From positions 9,254 to 73,253 of the forward strand of contig CAWFUE010000084.1 of assembly GCA_963818905.1 (NCBI GenBank): a DNA stretch of 64,000 nucleotides, in the 5' to 3' direction. Source of the stretch: an uncultured Acidobacteriaceae bacterium (GTDB lineage: Bacteria > Acidobacteriota > Terriglobia > Terriglobales > Acidobacteriaceae). Shown here piece after piece: positions 9,779 to 19,200 of the stretch. Position numbers and translations under genes: made by a program. The notes beneath the pieces were generated by a model that made no database searches, was not told where the DNA came from, and saw nothing but the letters and a program-made list of their open reading frames with translations. Every line of letters begins with the position of its first letter. Position 1 is the first letter of the stretch.

Positions 9779-10885
9779 TTAGTCTTGTTTCTCGCGCGCT
9801 GTGTCTTGTGCGCGAAGATAGGATGCGATGGCGGTTTTACCTCCGTGTCGTGCCCAGTCGGCTGGGGTGGCTTGCCACAGGATATCCTTCATATCCAATC
9901 TTGCACCGCGCTCAACAAGCAGCCGGACTACTTCCTTATGACCGGCTCCGGCCGCTTGGTGCAATGGTGTCGTATGCGAATGTCCCCCGATCGGGTTGTA
10001 GCGGTTTGGATCTTCACCCGCGTCCAACAACAATCGGACGACCTCGACGTGACCAAAGTCTGACGCCAAGCTGAGTGCCAGGTGGCGGTCCTCAGAGCTG
10101 GCGCCCGGAAGTAGCTGGCGCGCATCCTCGATCCGACCCAAAGCCGCCGCGACAGGTAAGTCAATCCCAGCTCCCCGCGCGATCAAAGCGTTCACCGCAT
10201 CGAGCTCTCCGTGAATGGCTGCCGCCCGTATGGAGCTGTTGGGATCGGCCCCGTAGTCGCAGAGGAGATCGATTAACTTATCTTGCACGCGACATTCTCG
10301 CGCCACCCTGCCCGTGGAGACCAGCATCAGCGTCTCGTTGAGTGCAGACTGTTCCACTCCAGCGTTGAGAATCACTTTGGTCACCCCAAGAATGTTGTTA
10401 GGCAAAACGCCATAGCGAACCGGATTCTCAGCGACGAATTCGAGCAGAGTTGGATTCCGAAAGTAGTTACCGCCCTCGAAAATGACGTGCCGACGCACCA
10501 GATCCGGATGCTGTTTCAGATGGGCACGCAATCCCGTTACGTCTCCCGCATCGAGAAAGTCCACCGCGTGTCGAAAGGCGGCATCTTCAATTCGTTGATG
10601 GTGGAGCAAATCCAGATTGTCCGAAAGCGTTGGCTTTTCAATGCGTCTTTTTAGTCTCGCCCAACTTGGAAATCCATACTCGCGCGCGATAGCTAACTGT
10701 GCATCACTGAGCCTGAGCTGGGCCTCGAAGATTGCCGTATCGCTGGCCTGTTTGAAACGCGGATGAAATTCCCTCAGCCGCTGGGCCACTTCGGAATTAC
10801 GGGCGGCATGAGCCTTGAGCAAGTCTTTTGCTTGATACTTGAGATGATCAAGACTCGGATCGGATGGGAGACGCTTTACCGGCAT
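9779..10885 (-). CDS. Ankyrin-repeat protein
   Basis: Repeated ankyrin consensus in the C-terminal half (TPLHQAAGAGHKEVVRLLVERGARLD; LALSLASDFGHVEVVRLLLDAGEDPN; IHGELDAVNALIARGAGID). The N-terminal helical region is unassigned. Confidence 0.8.
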   Translation of the reverse strand: MPVKRLPSDPSLDHLKYQAKDLLKAHAARNSEVAQRLREFHPRFKQASDTAIFEAQLRLSDAQLAIAREYGFPSWARLKRRIEKPTLSDNLDLLHHQRIEDAAFRHAVDFLDAGDVTGLRAHLKQHPDLVRRHVIFEGGNYFRNPTLLEFVAENPVRYGVLPNNILGVTKVILNAGVEQSALNETLMLVSTGRVARECRVQDKLIDLLCDYGADPNSSIRAAAIHGELDAVNALIARGAGIDLPVAAALGRIEDARQLLPGASSEDRHLALSLASDFGHVEVVRLLLDAGEDPNRYNPIGGHSHTTPLHQAAGAGHKEVVRLLVERGARLDMKDILWQATPADWARHGGKTAIASYLRAQDTAREKQD

Positions 10886-11263
10886 GACGAACTTCCTTTC
10901 CCAGGCCCGAGGTCCGCATTTACGGGCAGAAAGTAAGTTCGTGAAAGCGAGTTGTTGCGATCAGGTGGACTTCTGTCCTTTCCGCGGACCGGATGCGCCC
11001 TTTGCGCTGCCGTGATGTTATCACGACACCAGAGGCGCTGCCGCAGTGACACCGGAGCAGTTAAACATTTTTCGCAGCAATTTTTTGGTCGGAAGCACCA
11101 TAGTCCTTAATCTCATGCTTAGCGCCGGTCGAGGTGTCACCATGCTCGGAGTGGGGTACCTGACTTAAGAAACGCCTTCCGGCAATTGCCGGTTCAATGT
11201 GCACGCGTAGTCTTTGGAACAAGGTTCTACATCGAAGTGCGACGACTTCGCAAGGAGGGAAGA

Positions 11264-12136
11264 ATGGTTAAGTTAGTCACAGTATCGGCAGCCGCGATAA
11301 TCCTGCTGATCGCGAGCACCAGCACGACCGCTCCGACCGCCGGTTCCTGGCAGATCGACGCGCATCACTCGGACGCGCAACTGATCACCGATGGAACCAC
11401 GAATTACGGCAAGAAAAAGATCGACTTCACGCTTGGTTACGGTAAAGTCCACGGAACTTTGAAGATTGACGACGCCGATCCGGCAAACTCAGAAATTGAT
11501 TTCAGCTTCTATCCGGGCAATTCCAAGGGCTCTCCGATTGCTGAAGATGGAACTATCAAAGCCGCCTGGCTGGCAAACGTCGCCAATGACACGCTGGTGT
11601 GCTTCCACTCCAAGAAAGTCGTGCTCACTCCGGACGGCAGATTGCAGGCAACCGGAGACCTGGTTCTGACCCGCGTTGATCGCAACGTAGACACAACCCC
11701 CAGCGAAGCTTATTCAGGACCGATATATGGTCCGCCAATGGTCCACCGCGTTTCCCGCGAGGCTACCTTTGTTTTCGATCTGCCGTCGCGTGATGGCAAG
11801 CAGAAGAACGCCGAGTTCAAGACGTCAGGATCGACAAGCGTTTCGCGCGAGAATTTCCCTCAATTGGTGCGTGCGGTGATCGCCGCCCGCTGGCCTACGC
11901 TTGTGCAGGACGAAAGGTGTTGGAACCCTGCCGGCGGAACTGAGGACTACAGCGGGTTTCAGTGCAGCGGGACATTCTTGAAAGGTGCTGATCTTCCCTC
12001 ATCGTCAACCCAAGGCGGAGAAGATTACTGGGGCGCCTCGGACTTCAATGCTGTTGTGGGCAACCAGCTGAGCATTGTGGTTCAGCTGCATTTGATACCG
12101 CAGATAGCGGCCGCACAAGAGGCACACGGCATGTAG
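11264..12136 (+). CDS. Secreted YceI-like domain protein
   Basis: ATG 11264 follows a strong AAGGAGGG SD. Signal-like MVKLVTVSAAAIILLIAS. A YceI-type signature is present (SWQIDAHHSDAQL ... GYGKVHGTLKIDDADPANSEIDFSF). The ORF-track start 11186 is probably too far upstream. Confidence 0.55.
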   Translation: MVKLVTVSAAAIILLIASTSTTAPTAGSWQIDAHHSDAQLITDGTTNYGKKKIDFTLGYGKVHGTLKIDDADPANSEIDFSFYPGNSKGSPIAEDGTIKAAWLANVANDTLVCFHSKKVVLTPDGRLQATGDLVLTRVDRNVDTTPSEAYSGPIYGPPMVHRVSREATFVFDLPSRDGKQKNAEFKTSGSTSVSRENFPQLVRAVIAARWPTLVQDERCWNPAGGTEDYSGFQCSGTFLKGADLPSSSTQGGEDYWGASDFNAVVGNQLSIVVQLHLIPQIAAAQEAHGM

Positions 12137-12371
12137 CAATAGGCGACAGTTCTGGCGACGATGTTGCGTTCCGCGCAAAGTAGCAGGGGATGGCTGGCTG
12201 GCCCATCTCGCTTGGCGCGACGACGAGTTTGGGCCACTGTCGAGGTGCTTCCCAATCAGCACCGGCCACTTCTACGGTTGGGTGTTTCTCGCCTACCCGA
12301 TCTTGCCTTGCCAGCAGTACGATTACACCACCAGGGGGACGATAAAGTCGGCGATAATCGTCCAGAAACTT

Positions 12372-12818
12372 ATGAAGCGCCACGTGCTGATGTACGGGTT
12401 GATCGGTGGAATCCTGATTGCCGCGCTCAAGTGGATGGAGTATCGGTTCCTGGTAGTCGAGCATTCGATCGAAATCTACGGTGGACTGATCGCGGCAACC
12501 TTCGCCGTTCTTGGTATCTGGCTTGGCGTCAAACTAACAGGTAGGCGGCCGACGGTTGTTGTGAAAGAGATCTCTGTCCCTGGCGGGGAACCGTTCATCC
12601 CGGACGAGAGAAAACGAGAGGACCTTCATATTACCCGCCGCGAGCTTGAGATCCTGGAACTGATAGCCCAAGGCCTGAGCAACCGCGAGATCGCCGAAAA
12701 GCTTTTTGTGAGCGAGAACACGGTTAAGACTCATTCCAGCCGTGTTTTCGACAAACTAGGGGCTAGACGAAGGACGCAAGCGGTGCAGCTGGGCAAGGAA
12801 TTCGGTCTCCTCCCCTGA
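12372..12818 (+). CDS. Membrane-anchored LuxR-family (HTH) transcriptional regulator
   Basis: C-terminal LuxR/GerE HTH (ITRRELEILELIAQGLSNREIAEKLFVSENTVKTHSSRVFDKLGARRRTQAV). Two predicted TM helices at the N-terminus (LMYGLIGGILIAALKW, IYGGLIAATFAVLGIWLGV). ATG 12372 is preferred over ORF-track 12282. Confidence 0.8.
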   Translation: MKRHVLMYGLIGGILIAALKWMEYRFLVVEHSIEIYGGLIAATFAVLGIWLGVKLTGRRPTVVVKEISVPGGEPFIPDERKREDLHITRRELEILELIAQGLSNREIAEKLFVSENTVKTHSSRVFDKLGARRRTQAVQLGKEFGLLP

Positions 12819-13026
12819 TTGACTCGTGCCAGTCATTACTCGCCCTCAGAACTCCTCACCGGAACGAATGATTTTTCTCTCCGCAGCCAAAATCACCTGA
12901 AAGGATGACGACAGAGATCCTGTCTGATGCGCTATGTTGAACTCGCGTTTCGCCGATGTTCGCGAGCTGGCAGCGCCAGGTGAAGGCACGAGCGGCAGAA
13001 CCAACCAAACGAGGAGAGATTTCAAC

Positions 13027-13542
13027 ATGAAGAGTTTAGCTATGCTTATCGTCTTGGGTTTGCTCCTGGGACCGGTAGTGAAGATATCCAGGGCCGCAGG
13101 CGCCACAAACCCTGCGGAGGGACCGACTGAGGAAAATGCACTCGAGGCGGAAAAAGAACTCGGACAGGCAATGCGGACCAACGACGCGGACGGGTTCTGC
13201 CGCTTACTGGACTCGGACTGGGCAGTTGTCACTGGAAATGGCGAGATCGGTGAAGGTGACGCGGTGGGTGATGGGCAGATGAAGGCCGCCATTTGCGCTG
13301 CAATAAAGTCAGGCGATTTTACGCGGGAGACCTACGACCAGGACCTTGCCCATGCCCGAGTGCGTGTCTATGGAGACATCGCAACCGTAACCTTTAAGCT
13401 CTCGGTCTCGGGCACATTCCAGCATAAGTGGTTCGCCGTCAAAGAGGTCCAGACTGACGTGCTGAAGTGGGAAGACGGGGGATGGAAGTCCGTTTTAACC
13501 CACGAGACAAATGTCAAGGACTCGCTAAAGACTCGTAAGTGA
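13027..13542 (+). CDS. Secreted NTF2-like (DUF4440/SnoaL-like) protein
   Basis: Signal peptide MKSLAMLIVLGLLLGPVVKISRA starting at ATG 13027. NTF2-like pattern (FCRLLDSDWAVVTGNGEI ... VYGDIATVTFKLSVSG ... WKSVLTH). Confidence 0.6.
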   Translation: MKSLAMLIVLGLLLGPVVKISRAAGATNPAEGPTEENALEAEKELGQAMRTNDADGFCRLLDSDWAVVTGNGEIGEGDAVGDGQMKAAICAAIKSGDFTRETYDQDLAHARVRVYGDIATVTFKLSVSGTFQHKWFAVKEVQTDVLKWEDGGWKSVLTHETNVKDSLKTRK

Positions 13543-13621
13543 CCGCTGCCTCGCCCTCCGATACGAAGAGGGATAGGAACGACGAATCGCATACTCACGT
13601 TGTCGTGCTGAAGAGGGATCG

Positions 13622-14170
13622 ATGAAAAAGACAATCGCAATCTTCGGTCTGATTTCTGGCGCCATTTCCTCGCTGATGATGGTGGCCACAGTGCCGGTCG
13701 CGAACCGATTTGGCTTTGACAGGGGCGCGGTGATCGGCTACACGACGATCGTGCTTTCGTTTTTGCTGGTCTACTTCGGCATCCGGTCCTACCGCGACAA
13801 CATCGGCGACGGCCAGATTACGTTCTCGAAAGCTTTTGCCGTCGGGATCTGCATTACTGTCATTTCGTGTATCTGCTATGTCGTGACTTGGGAGGTTCTC
13901 TATTACAACTTCCTACCTGATTTCTGGGACAAGTATGGCGCTCATCTGGTTGAGAAGCTGAAGGCCTCGGGCGCGAGTCCTGGAGCCATCCAGGCGCAGC
14001 TTCAGCAAGTGGCAAAATACAAGGAGATGTACAGGAACCCGCTCCTCAACGCAGCGATGACGTTCATCGAGCCCTTCCCGATCGGGCTCGTCATCACGCT
14101 GATCTCCGCAGTGGCCCTCAGGCGAAAGCCGCAATCGCAACCGGAACGATCGCCTTTGCCGGCATCCTGA
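13622..14170 (+). CDS. DUF4199-like four-TM membrane protein
   Basis: GAGGGA SD before ATG 13622. N-terminus MKKTIAIFGLISGAISSLMM, central VTWEVLYYNFLPDFWDKY, C-terminal YRNPLLNAAMTFIEPFPIGLVITLISAVALRRK. This matches my recollection of DUF4199. Confidence 0.6.
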   Translation: MKKTIAIFGLISGAISSLMMVATVPVANRFGFDRGAVIGYTTIVLSFLLVYFGIRSYRDNIGDGQITFSKAFAVGICITVISCICYVVTWEVLYYNFLPDFWDKYGAHLVEKLKASGASPGAIQAQLQQVAKYKEMYRNPLLNAAMTFIEPFPIGLVITLISAVALRRKPQSQPERSPLPAS

Positions 14171-14279
14171 AGCTGTTGCGGTCGCCTCGTCCCACGGTCG
14201 TCACTGGCTTTCATGAGTAAGCCGCGGATAGGGCGATCTGCCCGCAAATGGCCAAATTCGTTATCGCAAGGGTTTTCGC

Positions 14280-15659
14280 TTAGCGTGTATCGCTGTCGCA
14301 GATGAGCGACACCAGCCAAATTCTAAATCGAGTTTTCTTGGCAGGATGAAGGAAGCCTTCGTAGGACTGCGCTAGATGGTAAGCACAAGCCTGGTCGCGC
14401 AGCGCCTGCACAGTGATCACAATGATGATTAGAGAAAGAATGGTGATCATCAGGTTTTGATGGGTCAGTCGCAAAACGGCGTAAGGAATTCCTGCCGCCA
14501 AAAGTGCCAGCCCTAATCCACCGGGGAAGCTGATGCGGTGGACTACCTGCGATATGTAGTCCTGCGTGCGCGCCCCGGGACGTAATCCGGGAACATATCC
14601 CCCGCATTTCCGCAGATTGTCGGCAATCGGCATGTCGTTCTGCCAAAGCACGGACGAATTGTACATATAGGCGAAGCAGGCAATCAGCATGGCGAGGACG
14701 ATCCAATACCAACCGCTGGCTGGCGTCGTCCACCGCGTTGCCGATAGCGAGAGCGTCCTGATCCAGCTGTGAGGCTGCGATTGCCAGAAACCTTGGCAAA
14801 GCTGCAACAAAGCGAGCAGGCCGATTGCAGCGGAGACCGGAAAGATCCGGCCGGAATTCAGCCGCAATGGCAGGAAGGACTGGGAGCCAGACAAAACCCG
14901 CCGCCCCACCACTCTCTTCGGATACTCAATCGGGATTTTGCGTGTTGAGCCCATCACGTAAATACTAAGAACGATCACTACCAGAACGCCTAGTACGATC
15001 CATCCCAACTGTTCCATTGCCACCAGCTTGCCAGATGCTGCCGCGATGACGTGCGCAAGCTGCTTGAGAAGGATCAGGCTTGAGCCGCCCACCAGGACGA
15101 CCTCCGCGCCCGAGCCGATCCCTTTGCGAGTGATGAAGTGACTGACTGCAGTCGAAATCAAGCTTCCCAATGTGACCAGGCAAACCACTCTCAGCGACGG
15201 CCAAAAGCTGGCTGCAGTAAACCAGTGAATCCGGCCCGGAAAGAGTCCCACCTGCTGCGAGAGATAGTGGCTGAAAGTCCAGGCAAAGAAGAAAGCAATC
15301 GGGATGGTTACTACTTGAGTGATGCGCTCCAACTTCTGCTTTCCACTCTCGCTCTTTTGCATTTCGCGCAAGCGTGACGAGACGACGGCGGTGAGCTGCA
15401 CCAGGATCATCGCCAACAGATACGGAAAGATTCCTACCGCGACGATGGAGAAGTGCTTCATCACGTCGCCGCCTGCGAAAAGATCGACCGTTCCTACGAA
15501 TGGATTATTGGCCAGGAGGTGCTGAAGCCGCTCCTCGTCGACGTTGAGCATGGGGATATCGGCCAGCAGGCGGAAAAGCAAAAGGAGCGCCAGAGTATTC
15601 GCGAAGCGATGCCCCAACTTGAGCTTGGGATCTCCGAATCCACCTGGATACAGCTCCAT
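14280..15659 (-). CDS. secY: SecY-family protein-conducting channel subunit, divergent orphan copy
   Basis: Full-length collinearity with SecY landmarks. FAGGDVMKHFSIVAVGIFPYLLAMILVQL matches FSGGAL..SIFALGIMPYISASII. MQKSESGKQKLERITQ matches KKEGE.GR.KI.QYTR. ITRKGIGSGAEVVLVGG matches ITE.GIGNG.S.II. PIEYPKRVVGRR...FLPLRLNSGRIFPV matches YAKR..GRR...HLPLKVN.AGVIP. DNLRKCGGYVPGLRPGARTQDYI matches DNLKK.G.F.PGIRPGE.T..YI. Confidence 0.85.
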   Translation of the reverse strand: MELYPGGFGDPKLKLGHRFANTLALLLLFRLLADIPMLNVDEERLQHLLANNPFVGTVDLFAGGDVMKHFSIVAVGIFPYLLAMILVQLTAVVSSRLREMQKSESGKQKLERITQVVTIPIAFFFAWTFSHYLSQQVGLFPGRIHWFTAASFWPSLRVVCLVTLGSLISTAVSHFITRKGIGSGAEVVLVGGSSLILLKQLAHVIAAASGKLVAMEQLGWIVLGVLVVIVLSIYVMGSTRKIPIEYPKRVVGRRVLSGSQSFLPLRLNSGRIFPVSAAIGLLALLQLCQGFWQSQPHSWIRTLSLSATRWTTPASGWYWIVLAMLIACFAYMYNSSVLWQNDMPIADNLRKCGGYVPGLRPGARTQDYISQVVHRISFPGGLGLALLAAGIPYAVLRLTHQNLMITILSLIIIVITVQALRDQACAYHLAQSYEGFLHPAKKTRFRIWLVSLICDSDTR

Positions 15660-16298
15660 ATGTCACTTAGGGAAGAATTTCCTTTTCCATTTCAAAAGCG
15701 GCAGGAAGTGTACACTTGTTTCGCCGCTCGCACAACGTGAGAAGATTCGCGGTGCTGATCTAATTCGGCGGCTTGGATCAGTAGCAGAGGCTCACCTGAA
15801 TTGCCCTACCCGGCCTGCGATCTGCACCAAAAACAACGGAGCATCTTCGGCGCCTATGCCGCCAGCCAGACCCAGCGAATCCTCGCCGGTCCGGCTTGTG
15901 ACGTTCTGCGCCAATCTACCAAAAATAGAATATTGACTCTTGTCATCTGTGGGAACTAATAGTCCTCAGACTAAAACTTGCCGAGGAGCACACAGCGGAT
16001 TGTGAGTTCTAGCAGCTGGTTTCTGTGCGCTCTCCCGAGCGTGCCCGGCGAAGTGCGCGTTCCACTTGGCAAAGAGTTACACGGATATCGGCGTATTGCA
16101 GAAGTGAGGTTTTTGATATAAAACGTTGGCCGTTATATTGCAGTAACAAAAGTGAAGAGTGGGCTGTTGCGAACCCGAAACTGTCCAAACTCTTTGTAAA
16201 CCTGAAACTGTTCAATCCCACTGCAAGAAAGATCGCCAGATCTCTGATGAATGATGGCGACACACTTTACTCTGAACCACGTCCCGAGGGGAGGAGAT

Positions 16299-19200
16299 AT
16301 GAGATTGAAGAGATTGATCACCGGAACGGTAGCTTTATTGGTGGCCGTCGTGCTGATGGCGCCATCGCTTATGGGGCAATCGCTGGTATCCGGCGACCTT
16401 GCCGGTACCGTCACCGACCCAAGCGGCGCGGTGGTGCCTAACGCCACGGTAACGTTGAAGAACAACGGTACTGGGGAGACACGCACCACAACCACGAATA
16501 ACAGCGGAGGGTATCGGCTCTCGCTGTTGCAGCCCGGATCGTACACCGTGAGCGCAATTGCGAGCGGCTTCAGCAAAACCCAAAAAACCGCCAGTATCAA
16601 TGTCAGCCAGACGACGATTGCCGATATGAAGCTCGCCGTGGGCAGCAGCTCGCAGACCGTAGAAGTGAGCTCGGCTGCTCCCTTGGTGCAGACGGAAAAC
16701 GCCGAGCTCTCGACCAACTTCAACCAAACCATGGTCGAAAACATGCCCAATGGCGGCAACGACTTGACCTTCGTTGCGCAGATGGCTCCCGGCGTCAACA
16801 TGAACACCGGCATGGGCTACGGCAACTTTCAGACGGCTGGACTGCCGGCTACGTCGAACGTGTTCACGATCAACGGCGAAAACCAGATGGATCCGTACCT
16901 GAACTTGAACAACTCTGGTGCGACCAACCTGATGCTGGGCAAGAACGCCGTACAGGAGGCGACGGTCATCACCAACGCTTACGGCGGACAATATGGCCAG
17001 CAGGCAGGCGCGCAGGTCAGCTACGTTACCAAGTCCGGCACCAACGCCTTCCACGGCAATGCCCAGTACTGGTGGACCGGCAGCAGCATGCAGGCGAACA
17101 GCTATTTTGCAGGTATGCAAACGCCGATACCGCCAACGCCCTTCAACAACAACAATGAATGGGCAGCTTCCATCGGCGGTCCTATCAAGAAGGACAAGCT
17201 GTTCTTCTTCTTAGACTACGAAGGAATCTCGTACATCGTCCCTTCCACGCAGCTGGTGCAGTTTCCGACAGTAGCATTCGCCAACGCGACTCTGGCGAAC
17301 CTGGCGACGATAAGTCCCGCCTCGCTTCCGCTGTACACGAAGGCGTTTAGTCTGTTCGAGCACTCTCCGTATTACGCGGCCGCAACCACGCCTCTGCCGG
17401 GCGGTGGTTGTGAGGGATCGGTCATCCCCGGTGTAACCAACTGTTTCACGCAGGGCACAGCGAGTCCTGCGCTTCCGGCGACGGAGAACCAGGGTATCGC
17501 ACGCATCGACTACAACCTCTCCGATAAAGATCACCTGTTCTGGAGTGTGACCTTCGACAGCGGTGTCCAGGCAACCTACGCAGATCCAGTAAACCAGGCG
17601 TTCAGTGCGGCCAGCTATCAGCCGTCGCAGGACGGCCAGGGCCAGTGGACGCACACCTTCGGCAGCAACGCCACCAACCAGTTCGTTTATGCAGGCAGCT
17701 ACTATCGCGCGATTTTTAACCAGTTCAACGCGCCTGCGACCTTCCCCACTCAGCTGGACCTATCAACTGGTCTTGGCTACACGAGTCTGGCCAACCAGGA
17801 GTTTGTCTTCCCGCAAGGACGCAATGTCACTCAATACCAATTGGTGGACGATTTCTCGGTGACGAAGGGCGCCCACAACCTGAAGTTTGGCGCAAATTTC
17901 CGCCGCTACGATGTCACTGACTACACATTCAGCGAGTCCACTAACCCGTACTCGTATATTGCCTCGGTGTCGGATCTTTACAACGGCATAGCTGCCGAAT
18001 TCTCCCAGAACTTCCCCAACCGTGGCAGTTATCCGGTCGCTCTATGGGGCATCGGACTCTATGCGCAGGATGAGTGGAGGGTTAACAAGAGCCTGAAATT
18101 AACTTTCGCCTTGCGTGTGGAGCATGACTCCAATCCGGTCTGCCAGCTGAACTGCGCATCGCTGTTAACCGGATCGTTCTCTACCATCAGCACCGATCCC
18201 ACGACGGCGTACAATCAGATGATCAATGCCAACCTCCATCAGATCTTTCGATCGGTGGACAAGATCGACTGGGCGCCCCGTTTCGGCTTTGCCTGGTCGC
18301 CCGGCGGCAGCGACAAGACGGTGGTTCGCGGCGGCTTTGGCCTCTTCTACGATGCCTTCCCCGCGGTGCTGGGCGACAACTTCATGACCAACATCCCAAC
18401 CGTCATTCCGGTTACACAATTCAGTTCGCCAACTGTGCCGACGGGTGTTATGTGGGCTGACCAGACAACTCCCGGCGTCAGCCCCTGGATCATCGGGTCA
18501 ACGACTGCCTCGCAGCTTCGCGCCGGCTTCCCGGCAGGTGCCTCCTACGCCTCGTTGAGCAGTGTGAATCCGGCATTTGCCTCGCCAAGCTTCAACAACA
18601 TGAGCGGCACCTTCCATATCCCGCGGTACCAGGAGTGGAGCCTGCAAATCGAACAGCAACTCGATAGCCGTAGCTCGCTGAGCTTGGCGTATATCGGCAA
18701 TCACGGCCTTAATGAGCCGGTCACCAACTACCCCAACGCTTACGCCGGCTTCGGGGGAATTCCGGCTACGCCTCCCAATCCCTATAACTTTGCGACTGTC
18801 TCTGAGATTTATTCGGGTGCGGTATCCAACGACAACCAGTTAACCGCCAGCTATCAGCGTCGGCTAACCTACGGCTTCACCGTACAGGCCAGCTACACCT
18901 GGGCGCACGCGTTGGACGAAATCTCCAACGGCGGCATTCTGCCGTATTCCTCGACCAGTTCGACCTATCAGTTGAACCCGTACAATTTGGCGAGTAACTA
19001 TGGCAATGCGGATTACGATCTCCGTAGTTCCTTCAATGCCGGGTATGTTTGGCAGACTCCGTGGAAATTCAGCAATCAGTTCGTGAATGGCGCCATCGGC
19101 GGCTGGATCCTGTCGCAGAATTTCTTCGCCCATTCCGGATTGCCGCTGGAAGTGTTTGACGCAACCAATTTTGTCAACAACTACAATAACTTTACGCCGT

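Noticed and set aside
15544-15936. 130-aa plus-strand ORF in the long intergenic gap; also 16009-16263 (minus) and 16025-16441 (plus).
   Set aside because: No SD, and the composition is Arg/Ser/Pro-rich and non-protein-like. They partly overlap the SecY-like or receptor genes, and no motifs are present.
16090-16135. Possible -35/-10 pairs (TTGCAG...TATAAA; TTGATA...TATATT) upstream of the TonB-dependent receptor.
   Set aside because: Spacers are about 15 nt (suboptimal) and several alternatives exist. The evidence is insufficient for a promoter call.
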